From the NCBI GenBank assembly GCA_038889075.1, contig JAWAHS010000001.1, forward strand, positions 409,069 to 446,138: DNA of 37,070 nucleotides, read 5' to 3'. Numbering within the stretch: the first letter of the stretch is position 1; the number at the start of each line of letters is the position of its first letter. This stretch comes from Ignisphaera sp. (GTDB taxonomy: Archaea; Thermoproteota; Thermoprotei_A; Sulfolobales; Ignisphaeraceae). Positions 31,335 to 37,070 of the stretch are shown here, piece by piece. The notes beneath the pieces are model-generated. The model was given only the letters and a program-made list of their open reading frames with translations. It was not told the DNA's origin and ran no database searches. The position numbers and the translations under genes were made by a program.

Positions 31335-31770
31335 GGAGGTGAGGTGCTATAGGGACACTCAGAGCCGGGGCAAAGAAGGTAGTTAATAGAAGTGCAAGTA
31401 GTCTACTGTTGGGATCTGGCGTTAGTGGGTATGCTCTGCAGAGAGCTGTTGATGCTCTATATGGGGTTTAGACCGGCTTTCTAAGAAAGTCCTAGATCCA
31501 CCAGCTACTATATCCAATGCTAAGAGGCTGCAGATTTAGAGCACACATATGTATGATGTGGTTTCTAGTCTTGGTGAAGTTGCCGAGATGCTAGGTGGAT
31601 GTAGAAAACGGTTTTGTAAGGGTTATCGTTAGGGACAGCAAGAAGCACCCTCGCAATGAAGGGTAAAACTAGGCTGGGTAGAAGAAAATGTATGAGGGGA
31701 TGAAGACAAAAGCGTTTTCAAGTACCTACCAAGTAGCTATACAGCGAAGCACCGGGATCCGAACTCTTAA
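31335..31770 (+). pseudogene. tnpB: Decayed, internally deleted tnpB with omega-RNA-like tail
   Basis: Fragments YALQRAVDALY (from 31430), HQLLYPMLRGCRFRAH (31499-31546) and DAR/VDVENGFVRV (31587-31636) are collinear with DAVQLAVNRLW, HKMFYSELRNRGFRAH and DYRLDLENRMLVL of the intact TnpB; GGAGGTGA SD; hairpin ACCCT/AGGGT then GGGGATGA. Confidence 0.75.
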
Positions 31771-31872
31771 AAGCCGTACAACCCCTAACAGAGCACCTAT
31801 TAGACTCTTATAATATATAGTCTAGATGAAGACTTTTTAATTCTGGAATAGATATTCTATTATGTGATCTAT

Positions 31873-32043
31873 ATGAGTGTTATAGATCCGGTTTGCGGAA
31901 TGTATGTGGATCCTAGTAAGGCGAGGTATAAAACGGTCCATAAAGGGAAGATATACTATTTCTGTAGTTTGCACTGTAAAAAGGCGTTTGAAGAAGATCC
32001 AGAACGATATTTATTCCATGGACCAACAGGTATGCTGAAATAA
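31873..32043 (+). CDS. TRASH/YHS-domain metallochaperone (CopM/CopT-like), 56 aa, missing from the ORF track
   Basis: MSVIDPVCGMYVDPSKARYKTVHKGKIYYFCSLHCKKAFEEDPERYLFHGPTGMLK*. Confidence 0.92.
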   Translation: MSVIDPVCGMYVDPSKARYKTVHKGKIYYFCSLHCKKAFEEDPERYLFHGPTGMLK

Positions 32044-32045
32044 GG

Positions 32046-32069
32046 TACACAATTAGTGATAATTGTGTA
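32046..32069 (+). terminator. Perfect 10-bp hairpin with GTGA loop just after the chaperone stop (terminator or stability element)
   Basis: TACACAATTA-GTGA-TAATTGTGTA. Confidence 0.5.
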
Positions 32070-32249
32070 TACTAAAGGTAGAATAAAGGAATGGGGTTGA
32101 TAATGGGAAGCATAGCCTGTACCGTCCACTGTTCTGTATTGCTAGTTGTTATTCAAGTGGATTAAGGTACGTTTGTAGAATGATATTTACTTGAAATCCT
32201 CGATCTCTATATATAACAGAACTGTAGCACTATGAAGCCATACAATTAT

Positions 32250-32600
32250 GCAAAGGTAAATCTATCGAATCTTCTTTCATCCACCAGGATAGCTTTACTC
32301 TACTCTTACTAACTACTCCATTAAACATGCTCCTAAACATTTTCCACATTCAACAGATCTGCAGCGATCCATATTGACGGTCAATCTCTCAATTCTTTAC
32401 AATTTAATTATCATGTAAAATCCTCTTAAGCTTAGCTCGCGAATTCATCTACGATCTCAAGCTCCTAATACAGTATCTTCAGGAGAGACTTTCTTCAGTA
32501 TTAATTAATCTAAGCTTGGGCTACTAGCGCATCAGTAGTATCAGGCGAAGGACATCTTATTGAGATAACGTCTCTCGGATCTCTATCCTCTACATTATGG
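32250..32600 (-). pseudogene. Probable decayed TusA-like and ferredoxin-like genes
   Basis: Minus-strand fragments DVISIRCPSP / ILKKVSPEDTV, then LTVNMDRCRSVECGKCLGACLM, broken by stops and frameshifts. Confidence 0.4.
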
Positions 32601-32750
32601 TAAATAGGTTTACTTTGAATATTTTTAGAAATAGATATCACCAAGTTTTCTATTATAACATAGTTATAGGATTTTGAGTTGAGTTTATAAATCTCAAGTA
32701 ACGACTATATCTATCTGCAATTCACGCAATTGGAATTTGGTGCATATTCA

Positions 32751-33932
32751 ATGCATCTAGCTAGGGTAAGCGACATTAAATGCTTAGATGATGTATCGTT
32801 TGAGAAATTTCTAGAGATTGCTAGAGGAATTCTCAGCAGGGGTGGTGTTGATAGAACTATTGCTATCGATGACGATAGAAAAGCTGTGGAGAATGGCGAG
32901 CTCTGTACAGTTCTTATGAGACTTGGTTTCAGCTACATACCGGTATCGAGATATACCTCTGAACAAATCTACATTCCACTAGAGACGATAGGATTTTTCG
33001 ATGAAATAAAGCCTAGTCGATTTAGAGTGTTTAGAGATACTGAGGAGCTTCTATATAGAAATTGGCCAACACCTCTGGTAAGGCTTGCAAGATCTTCCAT
33101 AGAGGGTAGGAATGTATGGGCGAAGCTTGAGGGGTTTAATCCTTGGAGTATGAGTGTTAAGGATCGTATTGGCTGGTATATGTATAGAAAAGCTGTGGAG
33201 AGATTCGGTAGAGTTGAGCTTGGTCTTCTCGTAGAGTCTACCTCAACCAATACCGGTCTGGCTATAGCCTCTATGGCCAACATCCATGGATCTAGACTAA
33301 GAGCGTACATACCATCAACGGTGTCCATCACAGGAGAGCTGCTTTTAAAAATTTTTGGTGCAGAGGTCGTGAGATCTCTAAAACCTCTGACAGTTGAACT
33401 CATTGATGATGTTGAAGCTGTAGCTAGAGCTGAAGGTGCTGTGCATCTAAACCAGTTCTTCAACGATGCCAATTTCGAGGTTCACTTAAGGTATACTGCC
33501 AAGGAGTTGGAGCTCCAGATTAGGGAAGCTGGCATAGTGCCAAAAGCTATAATAGGTAGTCTAGGGACATCTGGACACATATCGGCATTAGCATTCTACT
33601 TTAAGAATAGATTTAAAGGAATCAAGGTATATGGAGCTGTACCTGAACAAGGAGTGGCAATACAGGGTATTAGAAGGGTTGAAAGTGGTATGAAGTGGGT
33701 ACATAGTGTAGAACTCGATGGGATTCTCGAGGTTTCACTTAAGGAAGCCGTAGAAAGTGTTATAAATATCGTTAGGAAGGATGGTGTGTTTGTTGGACTG
33801 AGTAGTGGTGCTGTATATGCAGCATATAGAAGGCTTGTTGAGGAGAATGTCATTGACCAAGGTGACTACATAACCATATTTCCAGACCACGGCTTTAAAT
33901 ATGTTGAGCATATGTTAAAGTACATTAGATAA
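32751..33932 (+). CDS. cysO: Cysteine synthase / O-phosphoserine sulfhydrylase (Aeropyrum OPSS type, with N-terminal extension)
   Basis: PTPLV, NPWSMSVKDR (PLP Lys), NQFFNDANF, GSLGTSGH, GIRRVE. Confidence 0.88.
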   Translation: MHLARVSDIKCLDDVSFEKFLEIARGILSRGGVDRTIAIDDDRKAVENGELCTVLMRLGFSYIPVSRYTSEQIYIPLETIGFFDEIKPSRFRVFRDTEELLYRNWPTPLVRLARSSIEGRNVWAKLEGFNPWSMSVKDRIGWYMYRKAVERFGRVELGLLVESTSTNTGLAIASMANIHGSRLRAYIPSTVSITGELLLKIFGAEVVRSLKPLTVELIDDVEAVARAEGAVHLNQFFNDANFEVHLRYTAKELELQIREAGIVPKAIIGSLGTSGHISALAFYFKNRFKGIKVYGAVPEQGVAIQGIRRVESGMKWVHSVELDGILEVSLKEAVESVINIVRKDGVFVGLSSGAVYAAYRRLVEENVIDQGDYITIFPDHGFKYVEHMLKYIR

Positions 33933-34103
33933 AGCTACCATGTCCCCGTTCATGTTGACATTGATAGTATTGAATTGGTCTATTACTAGTAGTTTCTAAA
34001 CCCTCCTTTATTTGTAAGTGATAGAACATATTTTGAATCTGGTCATAGGAGTAGTATAAGAGTGCTATCCATAGAATGGTGAAAAAGAGGGCATATTGCC
34101 TCG

Positions 34104-34883
34104 TTATATCATGAACTCGGGTATGCTATTTGGCTTAAATACCACTTTAGGCTTAAGCCTGTATCTATTCAAGATCTCAACAACATGTGGATATAGAATA
34201 ACATATTCTTCATCTATAGATTCTACCAATACTGGATGTATTGACGAGAGCCTCTTCTTAAATAGCCTGTAGTTTTCATCCGTTGTGAAGCTAAGCATTA
34301 TCGCTGGATAGAAATCTTCTCCAGGCTTCATACCATTTTCCATTAGATTCTCAAGCGCTTTAAACTGAAGTTCGTAGAACTGTGGCTCGGCACCTGTTAA
34401 CATATGGAATTCTTCGGCTGAAGCGCCTTTAAATGATACTCTTACTACAATATTGCTAAACTTTGCCAGATCTTTTGCATACCGATTGCTATAGCCTATG
34501 AGGATACCATTTGTCTCTAAAATAAATATATACTTTGTTTCCTCAACAAGCTTTAGAACTTCCATTAGGTGGCTCCAAGATATTGTTGGTTCACCACCAC
34601 TTAGTCTAAGGTACTTGTAGCCTTTGCTGGAAGCTATATCAGCAAGCTTTTCAAAAACTTGCCTTGGTGCGTAGAACTCTCCTCTATCCATAGAGTGGCT
34701 GAAACGCCAACTCCAGCAAAATTTACACCTAAGATTACAGCCGACAACATCACCCGTTGCTATACCTCCATACCACCTACCTCCCCTAAACCTGTAACAC
34801 CTACGCTCCTCTACATCACTAATAGTCCTAGCCACCCACCTTCTAACAATCTCGGTAAGCTCGATAGGGCTGAATCCCTCCAT
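34104..34883 (-). CDS. Radical SAM protein of unknown function
   Basis: CNLRCKFC, SGGEP, LETNG; WYGGIATGDVVG N-terminal motif. Confidence 0.9.
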   Translation of the reverse strand: MEGFSPIELTEIVRRWVARTISDVEERRCYRFRGGRWYGGIATGDVVGCNLRCKFCWSWRFSHSMDRGEFYAPRQVFEKLADIASSKGYKYLRLSGGEPTISWSHLMEVLKLVEETKYIFILETNGILIGYSNRYAKDLAKFSNIVVRVSFKGASAEEFHMLTGAEPQFYELQFKALENLMENGMKPGEDFYPAIMLSFTTDENYRLFKKRLSSIHPVLVESIDEEYVILYPHVVEILNRYRLKPKVVFKPNSIPEFMI

Positions 34884-35306
34884 CTACTATACTACACCAT
34901 TTAGCTGACTAGCGTCAGCACATCTAACATTTAAAAAAGATATTAAATTTAGAGGTAGTATAAAACTTTCCCCACCTTATTCTACAGCTTTACTTTTGTT
35001 TTGTAATTATAGAGCTACAATAGCTTTAACAGTACAAAGAAAAAGAAATAGAAAGTGCTAGGTGAGTTATTGCGAAGATGGTAATGTATTAACAATCGTA
35101 CATTCATCTAGAAATAGGATTGAAGAAGGTCCTTTAAACGGCCCTTAACTTAATGGTGGCTTTACATATACAAATCCTTCAGCTCTATATTTATAGACCA
35201 TAAAACCTTGACTAATACATCCAACATTGTTGCAACACTCCATCACCAATACTAGGCTAATAAAGTATTTAGAGATAGTGAAAAGTATTTTTGATGGGAA
35301 ACCTAT

Positions 35307-35549
35307 ATGCCTGAAACTAAGATAGCTGATTTTAGAGGTGAAGATTGTCCAGGACCTCTAATAAAAGCAATAAAAGCTCTTGCCGAGGCTAAGAAGGGCG
35401 ATACGATTGTAGTTTTAACAACGTCTAGCCGGTGTGTTGAGATGATTAAGGAGATAGTTGAGAGCCTTGGTCTAGGCAATATAAACATACTCCAAAAAGA
35501 GGGATACGTGGAGGTAGTTTTAGAGAAAACAGCTGAGGGTGGAATCTAG
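35307..35549 (+). CDS. tusA: TusA/SirA-family sulfur carrier
   Basis: DFRGEDCPGP motif, 80 aa. Confidence 0.88.
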   Translation: MPETKIADFRGEDCPGPLIKAIKALAEAKKGDTIVVLTTSSRCVEMIKEIVESLGLGNINILQKEGYVEVVLEKTAEGGI

Positions 35550-35614
35550 AAGGTTATTTACTATTTGATTGTTCTCCGAATCTGTTGTGCTTCAAATTAG
35601 CCTGTTAGTGTTAT

Positions 35615-35775
35615 TGACAATGAAATTGATGTATCTGGGGTTCAGCTCTGATATAGGTTTATGTAAGTTGATTTCATTGCCTCATCCCTGGTTCCCCTGC
35701 ATTGGTCTTGGGTATGCATCGCCCTTGGGGGCGTTTAGGGGCACCCCGGGCACCCCACATCTTGAGTATCTTAGG
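35615..35775 (-). ncRNA. Putative TnpB omega-RNA overlapping the tnpB 3' end; boundaries uncertain
   Basis: GC-rich stems (GGGGTGCCCGGGGTGCCCC, GCCC-CCAA-GGGC, GGGGAACC) in an AT-rich genome, at the canonical position. Confidence 0.7.
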
Positions 35776-36923
35776 AACAGGTTTATGCATGCGATTACAT
35801 CTCTATCTCCTGTGGATCCACATCTACTGCATCCCAGTACTCTACCACCGCTATCCTCTAACCTGCTTCCACATCTCGGACACGTTGATGAAGTCTTTTC
35901 TGGGTTAACGTATCTAACTGCTAGTCCTCTCTCTAATGCTTCATATACTATGGTGAACTGCATCTTTCTGTAGAACCACAGCGATAGCTTTTTGTTGAAA
36001 TTGCTACCTCTATTCACATTACTCCTGAGATTGCTTAGGTTTTCGAGAACTATGGTTGAGCTGTGCTCAACAGCTAGCTCAGCAATATTATCTCCAACTT
36101 TGTGTGCATAATCCCAGGCCATGCTCCTTATTCTCTCTCCATGTCTTCTAATCGCTCTCCTAACACCTCTGACGAACCTCCACGATCTAGAGTACCTTCT
36201 CTGAATCCTCTCAATCCATATCCTATGCGTCAACATCCTCCTGAGTGGTGTCTTGAACCGCTTCAGCTTCAACAACTCTCCACTAGGTGTAAGAACAGCT
36301 AGAGTAATGTTGTCGAAGTTAACGTCGATGGTCATGATTGTTCTAGTTCTCCTCGGTTTAACCGCTCTCCTGAAGTATACCGCTACATAGACCTCGTTCT
36401 CAACTATCTTCACAGCTATCTCATAGTTACTCCACTCTTTGTATTTCTCTATTCTCTCACTAGATGTTAGTAGTCTTAGCCTAACCTCTCTATTTCCATG
36501 TATCTTTAGAACAAGCATCCTATTCTCTAGGTCTAGCCTGTAGTCGTATCTATCTATCCTAGCTGTCAATCTCCTTAGAACCGGTTTCTTCCCACCGTTC
36601 TGCTTACTGGCTCTAACAACTGTTTTAGCGTAGGTATATACCTGCTTTACGTGGTGTGCTCTAAAACCACGATTTCTCAGCTCTGAGTAGAACATCTTGT
36701 GTAGAGTTTTAATTGAAGGTATTTCGCTTAAACTCCACAACCTGTTTACAGCTAGCTGAACAGCATCACGATAGAGCTTCAGAAACTCAAGTAGAGCAAG
36801 ATAATCATTGCTACCCTCAGGGAGAGCCCTCATCCTAAGAGCCTCAACAAGCTCTCCACCCCTCACCGAGTAGCTCACCACATCTAGAACTATAGAGTTT
36901 AGTCTATAATCTTTTCTCTCCAT
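35682..36923 (-). CDS. tnpB: IS200/IS605-family RNA-guided endonuclease TnpB; likely true start GTG 36866
   Basis: RuvC-I TIDVN, RuvC-II VLENL, Zn finger CPRC/CSRC, RuvC-III DRD; GGTGA SD 8 nt before GTG 36866. Confidence 0.95.
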   Translation of the reverse strand: MERKDYRLNSIVLDVVSYSVRGGELVEALRMRALPEGSNDYLALLEFLKLYRDAVQLAVNRLWSLSEIPSIKTLHKMFYSELRNRGFRAHHVKQVYTYAKTVVRASKQNGGKKPVLRRLTARIDRYDYRLDLENRMLVLKIHGNREVRLRLLTSSERIEKYKEWSNYEIAVKIVENEVYVAVYFRRAVKPRRTRTIMTIDVNFDNITLAVLTPSGELLKLKRFKTPLRRMLTHRIWIERIQRRYSRSWRFVRGVRRAIRRHGERIRSMAWDYAHKVGDNIAELAVEHSSTIVLENLSNLRSNVNRGSNFNKKLSLWFYRKMQFTIVYEALERGLAVRYVNPEKTSSTCPRCGSRLEDSGGRVLGCSRCGSTGDRDVIACINLFLRYSRCGVPGVPLNAPKGDAYPRPMQGNQG

Positions 36924-36943
36924 ATCTTTATAGGTGGATATAT

Positions 36944-37070
36944 ATGGCTAGAATCGAGCTGGTTAGATGTAGCATTATAAAGTATAGGAGAGGAGACTAC
37001 GTTCTCTACCCACTAGGAAGAGACAAAGAGAAGATCAAGCACCTCCATGGAAAAGAAGTATACGCGCTAA
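36944..37070 (+). CDS. Small TnpB-associated protein (AbrB/DUF2080-like), divergent from tnpB, cut off by the window end
   Basis: MARIELVRCSIIKYRRGDYVLYPLGRDKEKIKHLHGKEVYAL...; GGTGG SD; homologous to the pseudogene at 31083-31237. Confidence 0.75.
   Translation, partial: MARIELVRCSIIKYRRGDYVLYPLGRDKEKIKHLHGKEVYAL

Noticed and set aside
35067-35243. Minus-strand MECCNN… reading frame with GGTG SD and an internal stop
   Set aside because: No recognisable family; cannot be distinguished from chance
35299-35308. AAACCTATAT match between a candidate TnpB guide and the tusA start region
   Set aside because: Only 10 AT-rich nt, outside the likely seed, and the guide boundary is unknown

Overview
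AT-rich archaeal chromosomal segment. The gene content (ESCRT-III/CdvB paralog, DUF2258 ThermoDBP-related protein, aKMT-like methyltransferase, eL33, class II LysRS, GatD, Aeropyrum-type OPS sulfhydrylase, GGTG Shine-Dalgarno motifs) points to a thermophilic crenarchaeon, probably Desulfurococcales/Ignisphaera-like. Most of it is housekeeping and membrane genes plus tRNA-Leu(UAA). The ORF track misses several things. (1) An intact TnpB with no TnpA in view has a divergent small ORF (motif Y-h-h-YP-x6-K-h-x3-HGK); a second, decayed copy of the same two-gene arrangement lies at about 31.0-31.8 kb, with a palindrome between the genes, RuvC deleted and the omega-RNA-like tail kept. (2) A possible orphan omega-RNA-like remnant sits at about 6.6-6.9 kb. 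(3) There are five box C/D sRNA candidates, one predicted to guide the 23S A-loop U2552 equivalent and one matching helix 69. (4) A 56-aa TRASH/YHS metallochaperone gene is followed by a GNRA hairpin. (5) A probable decayed TusA/ferredoxin pair lies beside the cysteine synthase. Family assignments and rRNA targets come from motif recognition and recalled sequences, not database searches.
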